A stretch of DNA of 63,522 nt, counting the filler, from Chiloscyllium plagiosum (taxonomy: Eukaryota), in the NCBI RefSeq assembly GCF_004010195.1. It is 4 parts of 2 records of this genome, joined end to end, with 100 filler letters (N's around TTAATTAATTAA, not from the genome) between each part and the next. Parts side by side here need not be neighbours in the genome. Positions count along the whole stretch, not along the records: positions 22,169 to 42,883 come from NC_057711.1; positions 42,984 to 61,334 come from NC_057711.1; 2 more parts are not named here. One strand, written 5' to 3'. The position numbers were made by a program, and so were the translations under genes. The notes under the pieces are model-generated. The model was not told the DNA's origin. It saw only the letters and a list, made by a program, of their open reading frames with translations, and did no database searches. The first letter of the stretch is position 1. The number at the start of each line of letters is the position of its first letter. Below are positions 36,831-48,334 of this stretch, one piece after another.

Positions 36831-38049
36831 GGCTAAACTGTGTGCCTTCATGGAACCAGTCAATACTGGAACCAATCACACCAGGGGCCCTGAGAAATTA
36901 CACTGGGCAGGAATAGATTAGTAAGTGTAACAAGGCAGTCTAAGGCCAATGCTGCCAGCAGATCTAGTTAAAATTATCTATTACCCATTGTTAATTGTTC
37001 CTTTCAATTTTATCCACTTCACTACAGCATTTCATGCTGCCCAACAGTTTAATAGATTTTATGATCTGTTTGTTCTCATTAAAATTAACATTTTTTTCTG
37101 AGTACTCAGCTTCTTACATTCATTTCTTGCAGCCTGTCTGGGTTTTTTGGCTATCAGTGGTTCATTGCCAGTCCAAACTCTCCTTTCCCTTTGTGGGTTA
37201 CTTTTCTGCTGTAAAAGAAGATTCCTGAAATACTAAAATAAGTAGCCTCACACAGACAGACAGGCAGACAGACAGTCTCCTAATGTAGGTTGCAGTCTAT
37301 GTCAGGAAAATTAACATTTCCTGTTGCAACTAAAATTTCAACATTCATTTTCCCAGCTCTTCCACTGCAGTCCGATCCTGTGTTTTTAGTTATTGGCACC
37401 TTGGAACAGATTCCAAGCAGTAACTTGATCCTTTCCCCTTCCTATCTTCCAAGTTCCACCCAAACAAACCCTGCCAATTCTCAGTTCTTTTGCCTCAGTA
37501 ATACTCAAGAAATCTACTGATAAACAGCGTCACTCCGCCCCTCTCCTTCCTGAGATGCTCATCATCCCGCAAGATAATCCCCTAATCCTTTTATTTTGCC
37601 AGGTTTGAGCAACTTTAAAAATATCAGTTTGGTGTCCATTTCTCATCATTTTATTTCATTCACAAATTCACAGTAACTTTTAATTGCATTTTAGTTTTGA
37701 AAAACACATAAGCCTGAATCTTTCAAGTTGTGGTAACAATGAGTGCAGCATATCATGACAAAAACACTTACTTTTTAATATTGCTTAGCAAACCTAAATA
37801 TGCAGCAATGGAGCTAGAATGAAAATGCTTTGGTCTTACTAACTGCTGCATACGAAGATTTTCCTAGTGTCGTGCTAGATGCTGTGCATTTTTTTGTCCA
37901 CGACCTTCCAATCTCAATTGTTAAGGAAATGCACCCAGTGAATTTTATTGAAGCAGAGTAGTTCCCTTTTTATGGCATTAGCGAAGATATTCTGGCAAAA
38001 TTAAAAGTCCAGTCCTTGAATTCTAATGAATGCAATGTAAATAGGTGTG

Positions 38050-38800
38050 AAAGCAAATTAATGGGTAGGTAGATGAGTAAGAGGATGGGTGCACGAGGAG
38101 GTGGATGAGCAGGCAGGTATGTGAGGTGAGTAAGAGACTGAGTGGTCAGGTGGCTGAGTTGGTAGACTTTTGAGTGGGTGAGGTTAATAGGTGAATTAGT
38201 CTGTGAGGAGAGTAGGTGAGTGAAGTCGGTAGGTTGCTAATTGGGTAAAGTGGGTATGTAAGGCAAATAAGTGGGTGGGAGAGGCAGCAGCTGGGTAACT
38301 GAGTACGCTGGTGGTCGGGTAGAACTAGTTGGTTTGGATCAGGATGGGTTTGGTTGGTCAAATGGTGGTCATGTTTGGTAGGGAAATAATCCAGTCTAGT
38401 CAAGGGGCAGTCAAGTTTGTCCAGGAAAGTGGCCAGAGGTGTTGGGTGGTCGGAGAATTGAGGATTGGGTTGGGGATATAGTTGAGTTTTGGGGTGTGGT
38501 TGGGCTTGATTAGAGCAGATAGCCATGTAGAAGAGGTGGTCAGACTGGATTGGGAACAAGTTGGGTCAGGTCAGGGGTGTAGCTGAGTTGTCACATGGGG
38601 TAGTCAGGTGGTGGGATAGATGAGTTGGGTCAAGGAGATGGATGAGTTGGGGGCAAAAGATTCCTGTTGGTGGTAGTGGAGTTGGTGGTGGTGATGTTAA
38701 TGGTTGCAGATGAGGAAGTGGGGGTGCGGTTTTTTGGTTTGGATTAGTGGTGATTTAGTTGAATCGGGATGTTTATTAGGCAGCTGGGGAAGATAGGCAG
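38050..38800. repeat. G/T-rich low-complexity, strand-asymmetric tract
   Basis: Recurrent ggtgag/gggtgg/ggtcag/gagttggg words; ORF 38146-38559 is a compositional by-product. Confidence 0.7.
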
Positions 38801-39119
38801 GAACTTAGGTATTAAATCATACTGCTTTTATGTTTCTGACAATTCCAGGTAATTATCTAGGTCAGTCTCACAGAAGTCTCCCAAGTCTCCAGTTCTCACC
38901 TGGATTCAGGGCTCCAGTAGTGGGGGATTACCTTTAAGAAGTTTGAATTTCCTGAGAAATTCCATAGAATCTGGACATACACCTTCAGTCATACTCTTGT
39001 TCTCCAACAATCCAGAGACTGGAAGATTTAACCCATAACAGTTTAGCTGATTGACTGAGTCCATCCTTAACTGAGACACAGCTAGCATCTTCTAATAGTT
39101 CTCTCTAGTGATCCCACAC

Positions 39120-41590
39120 TCAGTGCCGAGGTAACATTCTCAGCTGAATCAAAGGCTGGACTATCAGGTCTTATTCTTGACGACATGATCCAGGCTGTAG
39201 GAGTGCTCTGCTGAAGGGGCCACACTTCAAACCACAGCTGTGCCTGAGCTCTCAGTTCAGATCCCATGGCACTACTTGAAGGAATGAAAGGACCTCTGCT
39301 ATCCTGGCCAATACTTAGTGCTCATCAAAGATTATAAAATGTCGAAACAGAAGTAGGCCTTCAATCCAATGATTTTGCTCAACCGTTTAACATCAGATCC
39401 AGGAGAAGGAGTAGGCAATTCAGTCCTTCATGCCTGCTCCGTCATTTAATATGATCATGGTTGATCTCATCTTAGCCTCAACTCTATTTTCCTGCCCAAT
39501 TCCCATAATCCTTTAACCCAGTATGAAGTGAAAATCTGTCTTTCCAACTCCTCATTATTCAATGTCCCATCATCCATTGCATTCTGGGTAGTGAATCCCA
39601 CAGTTTCATGACGCTTTAGAGAAATAATTCCTCCTTATCTGTTTTAAACCTGAAACTCTTCATCTAAAACCATGCAATTTGGTTCCTTACAAGGGGAAGC
39701 ATCTGGCATTTAGTTTTCCAGTATTTGATAAGGATTCAATGAGATCATGGTTGATCTGATAATCTGCAACATCAGTTTTCTGCTTAATCTCCATAACCCT
39801 TGATTCACTTAGAGTCATAGAGATGTACAGCATGGAAACAGACCCTTTGGTCTAACCCGTCCATGCCGACCAGATATCCCAACCCTCAGAGAAACAAAAT
39901 CCCCTAAATGTAATTTAAATAGGCAATCCCTTCTTCTGATATTATGTCCTCTGGTCCCAAAATCTTCCACAACAGGAAACAATCTTTCACATCCACTCTG
40001 TCAAATCCTCTAACAATCTTACATGTTTCAACATTACATCTTTCTCCCAGACTCCAATGAGTACAAGTCTAACCTCTCCTCATACACAAATCCCTCAAAA
40101 CACAGGATCAATTGAATGGACATTTCCTGGACTGCATCCAATGTCTGTATATCTTAGATAAGGAGCCCAAAACTGTTCACTGTATTTCAGCTTGACTAAT
40201 GGCAAAAGGCAAATTTCCAAAAGGCATTCAACAAAGTGCCGCACAACAGGATGCTGCATAAGATAAAGATGCATGGTGTTATGGGTAATGTATTAGCATG
40301 GATAGAGGATTGGTTAACTAACAGGAAGCAAAGAGTGGGAATAAATGAGTGCTCTTCTGGTTGGCGATCGGTAACTAGTGGTGTGCCTCAGGGATCAGTG
40401 TTTATTCATGATTTACATAGCTGATTTGGAGCTTGGGACCACATTTGGTATGTCAAAGTTTGTGGATGACACTAAGATGAGTAGTAGTGTAAAGTGTGCA
40501 GACAACTGTGAAGCCTTTCAGAGTGATACAGATACTTCAAGTGAGTGGGCAAATGTCTGGCAGATGGAGTGCAATATTAATAAATGTTAAGTCATCCATT
40601 TTGGTAGAAATAACAGTAAAAAGGATTATTATTTGAATGGTAAAAAAATTACAGTTGCTGAGCAGATGGACCTGGGTGTCCTTATGCATGAATCACAGAA
40701 GGTTGGTCTGCAGGTGCAACAGGTAATTAAAAAGGCAAATCAAATTTTGTCCTTCATTGCTAAAGGAATTGAGTTTAAAAACAGGGAGGTTATGTTGGAG
40801 CTGTATAGGGTGCTGGTGAGGCCACATCTGAAGTACAGCATGCAGTTTTGGTCTCCTTACTTCAGAAACAATGTACTGGCACTAAAGGGGGTGCAGAGGA
40901 GGTTCACTAGGTTGATTCCAGAGTTGAGAGGGTTGGCTTACAAGGAGAGACTGAGTTGACTGAGATTATATTCATTGGAATTTAGAAAAATAAAGGGGAT
41001 CTTATCGAAACATAAAATTATATAAGATAGAGGTAGACAGGATGCTTCCACTGGCAGGTGGAACTAGGACAAGAGGGCATAGCCTCAAGATTGGAGGGAG
41101 CAGGCATTGAGAAGGAACTTCTTCACCCAGAGGGTTGTGAATCTATGGAATTCTCTGCGCAGTGAATTAGTTGAGGCTTCCTCAGTAAATGTTTTTAAAG
41201 CTAAGTTAGATACTTTTTTAAACAATAAAGGAATTAAGGGTTATGGAGAAAGGGTGGGTAAGTGGAGCTGAAGCCATAAAACGATCAGCCATGATCTTAT
41301 TGAATGGCAGAGTGGGCTCAAAGGGCCAGATGGCCTACTCCTGCTCCTAGTTCTTATGCTCTTATATAACATTTTGTCTGGCTTTAGCAAAACCTCTGTA
41401 TTTTTATACTCCATTTCCTTTGAAATAAAGGACAGACTATTTTGTCATTATCATATTGCTATTATGGGATTTTGTGTTCAAATTGTTTCATTATTTATTG
41501 CAGTGATTATACTTCAAAGGTAAAGTAAATTGACAATATTTTGGGATTTCCTATGGTCATGAAAGGTGCTGTATAAATGTAGGCATTTAT
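39120..41590 (+). mobile_element. Deu-domain SINE (SacSINE1/AmnSINE1-like) split by ~2.1 kb of nested CR1 insertions
   Basis: 5' part contains agatcccatggcactacttgaagg..tcctggccaatac (39260-39320); 3' tail gtcattatcatattgct..gaaaggtgctgtataaatgtagg at 41440-41590. Confidence 0.6.
39340..41370. mobile_element. Nested CR1 pieces (minus-strand 3' ends 39340-40200; plus-strand RT to 3' end 40215-41370)
   Basis: ORFs 40236-40959: WIEDWL, GVPQGSV, SKFVDDTK, KKANQILSFI. Confidence 0.88.
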
Positions 41591-41599
41591 GTAACTAAC

Positions 41600-42654
41600 T
41601 TCCTGGGAGAGGCAACATCAAGAAGGTATTTGATAATGTATTTGATGACCTTTAATCACATGAAAGGTTAATATATAAGGTCAGATCGTATGGGCTTGGG
41701 ATAATACATTAGCTTGGATAGAGGATTGGCTAACTAACAGAAAACTGTGCATTGGGATAAGTGGGTCTTTTCTCATGGGCAAGATGTAACTAATGAGGTG
41801 CCATAGAGTTCAGTCCTCAGGCCCCAACTATTTATAATATATATTAATGAGTTAAATAAAGTGACAGAATATACTATAACCAGATTGCAGAGGAGTTGGG
41901 AGGTCATGTGGCTGTACAGGACATTAGTTAGGCCACTTTTGGAATACTACATCAATTCTGGTCTCCCTCCTATAGGAAGAATGTTGTGAAACTTAAAAGG
42001 GTTCAGAATAGATTTACAAGATGGGTGGGTGGGGGGGATGTGGGTATCTGAGCTATCGGGAAAAGCCTGAATAGGCTGGACTACTTTCCCTGGAGCGTCA
42101 GAGGCTGAGGGGTAACCTTATAGAGGTTTGTAAAATCATGAGGAGCGTGGATAGGGTAAACAGACAAAGTCTTTTCCCTGGGTTGGGGAAGTCCTGAACT
42201 AGAAGGCATAGGTTTAACATGAGAGGGGAAAGATTTAAAAGGAAACTAAGGGGCAACTGTTTCAACCAAAGGGTCATGTGTATATGAAATGAACTGCCAG
42301 AGCAAGTGGTGGAAGCTGGTACAATTACAACATTTAAAAGGCAACTGGATGGGTAAATGAATAGGAAGGGTTTAGAGGGATATGGGCCAAATGCTGGCAA
42401 ATGGAACTAGATTAATTTAGAATATTTGGTTGGCACGAGTGAGCTGGACTGAAGGGCATGTTTCTGTGCAATACACCTCTATGACTAATTCAGATAAATG
42501 CGAGGTTCTGCATTTTGGGAAAGCAAATCTAAGCAGGATTTATACACTTAATGGTAAGGTCCTAGGGAGTGTTGCTGAACAAAGAGACCTTAGAGTGCAG
42601 GTTCATAGCTCCTTTAAAGTGGAGTCGCAGGTAGATAGGATAGTGAAGAAGGCT
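41600..42654 (+). mobile_element. CR1 fragments (old RT piece and HER1-like 3' end plus RT piece)
   Basis: KCEVLHFGKANL, RDLRVQVH, CR1 3' UTR. Confidence 0.85.
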
Positions 42655-42883
42655 AGGAGAAAGTGAGGACTGCAGATGCTGGGGATCCGAGCTTAAAAAT
42701 GTGTTGCTGGAAAAACGCAGCAGGTCAGACAGCATCAAAGGAGAAGGAGAATCGACGTTTCGGGCATAAGCCCTTCTTCAGGAATGAGGAGGGTGTGCCA
42801 AGCAGGTAGGGAGGAGGGACTTGGGGGAGGGGCGTTGGGAATGCAATAGGTGGAAGGAGGTTAAGGTGAGGGTGATAGGCCGG
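42655..42883 (-). mobile_element. Penelope-like pLTR with intact hammerhead motif
   Basis: Reverse complement reads attc ctgaaga a gggc ttat gccc gaaac gtc gatt. Confidence 0.85.
42750..42785 (-). ncRNA. Minimal type I hammerhead ribozyme motif (family 1)
   Basis: CUGAAGA core, GGGC/GCCC stem II, GAAAC, GUC cleavage triplet. Confidence 0.75.
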
Positions 42884-42983
42884 NNNNNNNNNNNNNNNNN
42901 NNNNNNNNNNNNNNNNNNNNNNNNNNNTTAATTAATTAANNNNNNNNNNNNNNNNNNNNNNNNNNNNNNNNNNNNNNNNNNNN
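42884..42983. other. Artificial contig spacer
   Basis: 44 N + TTAATTAATTAA + 44 N. Confidence 0.97.
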
Positions 42984-43110
42984 TTATCTCTCCATGCTTC
43001 AGGCTCTCTGCCTTTATTCCTGATGAAGGGCTTTTGCGCGAAACGTCGATTTTGCTGCTTGTCGGATGCTGCCTGAATTGCTGTGCTCTTCCAGCACCAC
43101 TGATCCAGAT
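42984..43110 (+). mobile_element. Penelope-like pLTR with hammerhead motif (one stem II mismatch)
   Basis: attc ctgatga a gggc tttt gcgc gaaac gtc gatt at 43016-43052. Confidence 0.85.
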
Positions 43111-46100
43111 CTTTCTGTGACCAGCTGTGACTGGAAGTGCATCCAGAAAACTTAAATCCTTTACGGATGTTTCCAGTGGCAGCACTTCTGATGATGTATC
43201 TGCCAGTGGAAGGTGACTCAATGCATCCGCATGTGGTACTTGACCTCCTGGATGATCTTCCAACCTTTAATTGCATGCATTTAGAATGAGAGCTCACCAC
43301 TGAATTCAACCTGAAGCTGAGGGCACATGGCTTTGTCCTCTTTGAATAGCCCAGCAAGGGTTTTGTGGTCTGTTACCATTGCAAATTATGGGTGGCACGG
43401 TGGCACAGTGGTTAGCACTGCTGCCTCACAGCGCCAGAGACATGGGTTCAATTCCCGCCTCAGTCAACTATATGTGTGGAGTTTGCACATTCTATCCGTG
43501 TCTGCGTGGGTGTGCTCCGGTTTCCTCCCACAGTCCAAAACTGTGCAGGTTAGGTGAATTGGCCATGCTAAATTGCCCGTAGTGTTAGGTGAAGGGGTAA
43601 ATGTAGGGGAATGGGTCTGGGTGGCTTGCTCTTCGGAGGGTCAGTGTGGACTTGATGTTTCCACACTAAGTAATCTAATCAAATTTACATCTGTAAAGGT
43701 ACTGGTGAAATTTTCTCATACCAAAGATGACCATCAAACCTTCCTTCTCTATCAAAGTCTGAGAAGTATGTGTAATTGGCTGTTCCTCTCCATTGGGCCA
43801 TATGTGAGGCAACACTACCCTGATACCGTATGGGGAAACATCGCAAGTCAGCACCAGATTTCACTTGGGATCATAATGTGCCAACACCAGAGACAATGAT
43901 AACTGCTTATTCACTTCTCTAAAGGCTACATGTTAGCTATGAGACAATTTCAAAAGCTGATCCTTTGTCAATAGCAGATGTGAAGAGGCCAGGTTACTTA
44001 TGAACTTTGTGTAATAGTTCACCAACTCAAGGAAAGACCTAAGCTCCCGTATAGACATGGAGCCGGGGCACCTTTGATCATCCTCACTTCATCTTCCAAC
44101 AAGTGTAATCCAGTCTTATCAACTCTGTAGCCCAAGTAGGTCACTTAAGGTCACACATTTTTCCCTTCTAAGCCATATGCCTGCCTTGGAGAAATGCCCA
44201 AGGATTATTTCCAAGTTCGATAAGTGCTCCTTATTGGTCTTTCCTGTTATTAGCATGTCATCCAGATAAATGGGGTAGACCTTGTAAAATGTTCTCTATT
44301 GTCCACTAAAATATTAAACAGGGTGACGATACCCCATATGGCAATCTCATATATTAGTACAAAACCTTATGGGTATTAATTGTAGCATACTTCTGGGAAT
44401 ACTCATCTAACGGCAAATGCAGGTACACATGGCTCACACCCATCTTCGTTAAGGATAGCCCTCCTGTCATATAGTTTGCATATAAGTCCTCTATGCAAGG
44501 GATTGGATATTTATCCAGCTGTGAGAAGCGATTTACCATTTGTTTAAAATCACCACAAACGTGAAACGATTAGTTGGATTTCACAACCAGTGCTGATCAT
44601 TCTGCAAATTGGACTGGTTTGATGATTCCTTTGTTTTCCAGCCTTCTGGTTTCTGCCTCTACTTTTGCATGTAAGGCAAATGGCATTGGGTGGCCTTGGG
44701 AGAATCGTAGAATTGCTTCCTGGTCAACATTCAATGTGGTCTTGGCTGTTTTGATAGTCCCCAGGTTCTCCTGAAAAACATCTGGGTATTTAATTAGGAC
44801 TTCATACAGGCAGCCATTTTCTAACTGAAAAATGTTGAGCCAATCAAGGTGAATCTTTCTCAACCAATCTTTCCCTATCAGGATTGGGCCTAAGCCTTTT
44901 ACTACAAACAGTGGCAACTGAACCAACTGCTTCTCATATGAAATAGGAATCAAAGTTAGTCTGTAAAGGTTCCTGGAATAGGTTCTCAGTCCAGCTGAGA
45001 TCTTTTGCAAGGGCTGGAATCCAGAGCAAATTTTGTTAAAGACTGGTTCCGCAATCACTGATTAAGCCGTGCTAGTAGTAACCTCCATTAAAACTGGATG
45101 ACCATTTAATGACCGGATGTTTATTTTCATTGGTTCTGATTTGGATGTTGCTAAGAAATTTAACTGTTCCAATCCAGATGTAGGTTGGCTTTCCATGGTC
45201 TGCACTCTTGCATACTGGCTGATGAGTTATTTTACTCAGTTCAAGCCTCGTAGGATTCTTTTGCTGTCTCGAGTCTGCATACTGGCAGCAACTAAAATGG
45301 TTTGCTGGCCTGGATCCTAAAGAAAATTTTAAGTTTGCCTGAGGCTTGGCTTTGTTTTGGGGTTTTGCTGTGGGTTGACTTAGATTCCCTTTATTCAGGA
45401 TATGTCCTGAATGAGCCTATGCAATTGCTTTCACTCAAGTAGTGCTTCCCAAGCTCAGTGGGACTGGCAAGTGTGCCTAATTCCATCAGAATGCCCTGCA
45501 ACTCCACTTGCAGCATTTTCCAATGATTAAGTCAGTAGTAGTGACTGTGTGAAGTCTAGTTGGGCTTCAGCAAGTAGGCACTTCTGCATGGTTTCATTAT
45601 TAATCCCATACCAAAAGGTCCTCGGCATCTCAGTAAGCATTAAACCAAAGTCACATGCCTTTGCCAGTCATCTTAACCTTGACAAAAAATCCCAACACAA
45701 ATTCGCTAATTCTTGTAATGCCAGTAAAAGTGATAGCATCTCAGAATTAGTAGAACTTGCGGTCCTTACTAAAGCTCTGAACTCTTGAGAGGTTTTAGTA
45801 TCTGTTGCCTCAGGAAATGTTAGGCTCCAAATAACCAACAAAGCCATGGGTCTACAGGAGAAGTATTAATTTCTTTTCATCTGTCTCAATGTCATTTGCC
45901 TGAAAAAAAAATACATTCTTTCCACAAACTGGGTCTAGTTTTCGACGGCAGGATTGAATGAGTCAAGCTTCCCAAATATCGTAATAATGCCAGAATTGCT
46001 GAACCAAACTGAGAGACAACTATTATGCACAAATTTCTTTAGGAGTTTTTTTTTCTCTCACTGCTACTGAAATAATGTCACAGAAGCTGGTATCCTGTCA

Positions 46101-46287
46101 CTAAGTCACCCTTTATTAACACCTGCATAGACTTGACACTAGTCTAGCTACCTCAGACTGAACAGTATCTCTGACACCCCTGTTTACATCTGTTAGCCAG
46201 GCTCCCTGATTGGACTAGATTGACAGCCCCAATTAGGGAACTCATATTCTGTGAGGTCCACCTGGCTGACCTCAGTCCGACACTACA
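43111..46287 (-). mobile_element. Gypsy LTR retrotransposon (5' LTR, gag, protease, RT, RNase H; degenerate, 3'-truncated)
   Basis: LTR 46076-46287 TG...CA with AATAAA; gag FGKLDSFNPAVEN*TQFVERM; RT YPIPCIEDLYA, KYATINTHK; RNase H HADALSHLPL; HE1 SINE inserted at 43389-43680. Confidence 0.9.
43389..43680 (+). mobile_element. HE1-type SINE
   Basis: gggtggcacggtggcacagtggttagcactgctgcc head, (aatct)n tail. Confidence 0.92.
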
Positions 46288-46329
46288 ATGTTCAGTGATG
46301 CTTTCAAGCCATTTAGTATAGATCAATAA

Positions 46330-46470
46330 AAGTAAAACACTCCAAATGCTGTAAAGCTGAAATAAACAAAGAGAATACTAGAGAAACTCAGCAGGTCTGA
46401 AAGCATCTGCAGGGAGAATAAAAGATTTAGTGTTTCAAGTCAAATATGACTCTTCTTCAGAACTGAAAGT
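46330..46470 (-). mobile_element. Penelope-like pLTR (family 3) with decayed hammerhead
   Basis: Reverse complement agtt ctgaaga a gagtc atattt gactt gaaac act. Confidence 0.65.
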
Positions 46471-47009
46471 TCAAGCTGAGGAAAACGATAAAGTTCCAAA
46501 ATTTAAGGTCCTAGAGTTAAAGGATATTAGAATCAGGAGAGTTCTGACCCAAGGTTGCTACATTTTAGCAACTGTGTTGAATTAGGAGCCTACAACAGTG
46601 GGATGATTGGAAAACATTTGAAGAGTCAATCATACTTGAAGTAAGTGGAATTCCCAAGACAATCGTGGCATTATATGATACAAGTGAACCTTGAGTAGAA
46701 GGAAATTCAAGTTTAAAAGTTCACTTTAGAATACAAATAACTGTGTTAATTTAATATTTTTAATCTAACTGATAGTCAAGTAGAATGTAGCTATTAATGT
46801 TCATGTTGTTTTCTTTCTGTATAATAAGATTCTTTTGTTTTATTAAGTGAACATTGTGGCTTCAGAATTTTGATAACTATCTCTGTTTTTGTATTATAAA
46901 AAATTTTGTTGATCTCTACTGAGACCACATCGTGAGATCATACCTTCAGTATGTGCACAGTTCTGGTCACCACATTACAGAAGGGATGCAATCACACTGG
47001 TGATTATTT

Positions 47010-47232
47010 ACGATTTGGAGATGCCAGTGTTGGACTGGGGTGTACAAAGTTAAAAATCACACAACACCAGGTTATAGTTCAACAGGTTTAATTGGAAGCG
47101 CACTAGCTTTCGAAGCAACGCTCCTTCATCAGGTGATAGTCTGATGATGAAGGAGTGTCGCTCCGAAAGCTAGTGTGCTTCCAATCAAACCTGTTGGACT
47201 ATAACTTGGTGTTGTGTGATTTTTAACTTTGT
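47010..47232. mobile_element. Non-autonomous inverted-repeat element (Penelope-derived, family 2) with two hammerhead motifs
   Basis: ~88-bp inverted arms 47044-47131 / 47145-47232; 10-bp TSD gtgattattt (47000-47009 / 47231-47240). Confidence 0.85.
47101..47135 (-). ncRNA. Minimal type I hammerhead ribozyme motif (family 2)
   Basis: CAC CUGAUGA A GGAGC GUU GCUUC GAAAG CUA GUG: stem I CAC/GUG, 5-bp stem II, CUA triplet. Confidence 0.78.
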
Positions 47233-47267
47233 GATTATTTACAGCATTTATTAATGAGTTGGATAAA

Positions 47268-47520
47268 ATCATAGAATCCCCACAGTGTGAAAAAAGGCCA
47301 TTCAGCCTATGACATCAGCACCAACCCTCCAAAGAGTTGCCCATTCGGATGCAGCCTCCTACCCTGTATTCACCATGGCTAATCCGCACATCTTTGGACT
47401 GCGGGAGGAAACCCACACAGATACGGAGAACGTGCAAACTCCACACAGTCACCCAAGACTGGAATCAAACCTGGATCCCTTGGTACTATGAGGCAGGAAT
47501 GTGAACCATTGAACCACTGT
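47268..47520 (-). mobile_element. HE1-related SINE (internally deleted)
   Basis: gcgggaggaaacccacacagatacggagaacgtgcaaactccacac. Confidence 0.75.
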
Positions 47521-47524
47521 GGAT

Positions 47525-48325
47525 GATAGAAATGAATGGACTATCACCAAATTTGCAAATGTCTCACAAGTAGGTGGGAAGGAGAGTCATAAGGATGACA
47601 CAAAGAGTTTACTGAGAGATATTTACTTAGCCTGTTAAGTAAATAGGCAAAAACTTGGCAGATGGAATAACTGAGGGAAAATGTGAGGTCATGCACTTTG
47701 GCAGGAAGAAGAGAGGAGTTGAATATTACTTAAAGAGAAAGACTGCAGAAAGCTGCAGCACAGAGGGATTTGGGGGTTCTCAAGCATAAATCATAAAAAG
47801 TTAGCATCCAAGTTCAGTTAGTAATAGGGAAAATAAACAGACTGTTGGCCTTTATTTCAAAGGGGATGGAGTACAAAATAAGGAAATTTTGCTAAATCGT
47901 TACAAGGCACTAATCACACTACACCTGGAACAATGTGGACAATTTGGTCCCCTTATGTAAGGAAAGATATACAGGACCTGGAGGCAGGACAGAGAAGATT
48001 CACTAGGTTTATTCAGGGTATGGAGGGATTTTCTTACAAGCAGTTTGAGTAGGGTCGGCTTGTACACATTGAAGTTTAGAGGAATAAGAGGACTTTGTTG
48101 AACTATTTAAGATTTTTAGGGGGCTTTATTGGGTATATGTGGAAAGGTTTTCTTGTAATGGAGAGTTTAGGACCAGGGTAAGGAGCCACCCATTTGAGAC
48201 AGATGAGGAGTTTTGTTTTCTCGAGGGTAGTGAATTTGTGGAATTCTTTACTACAGACAGTTGTCCAGGCTGGGTCATTAAGTGTATTTAAGGCTGAGAT
48301 AGGCAGATGTTTAATTAGGGGAAGG
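47525..48325 (+). mobile_element. Old CR1 LINE ORF2 3' part
   Basis: Decayed KFAN, KCEVMHFG, QRRFTR motifs. Confidence 0.8.
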
Positions 48326-48334
48326 TGATGACCC

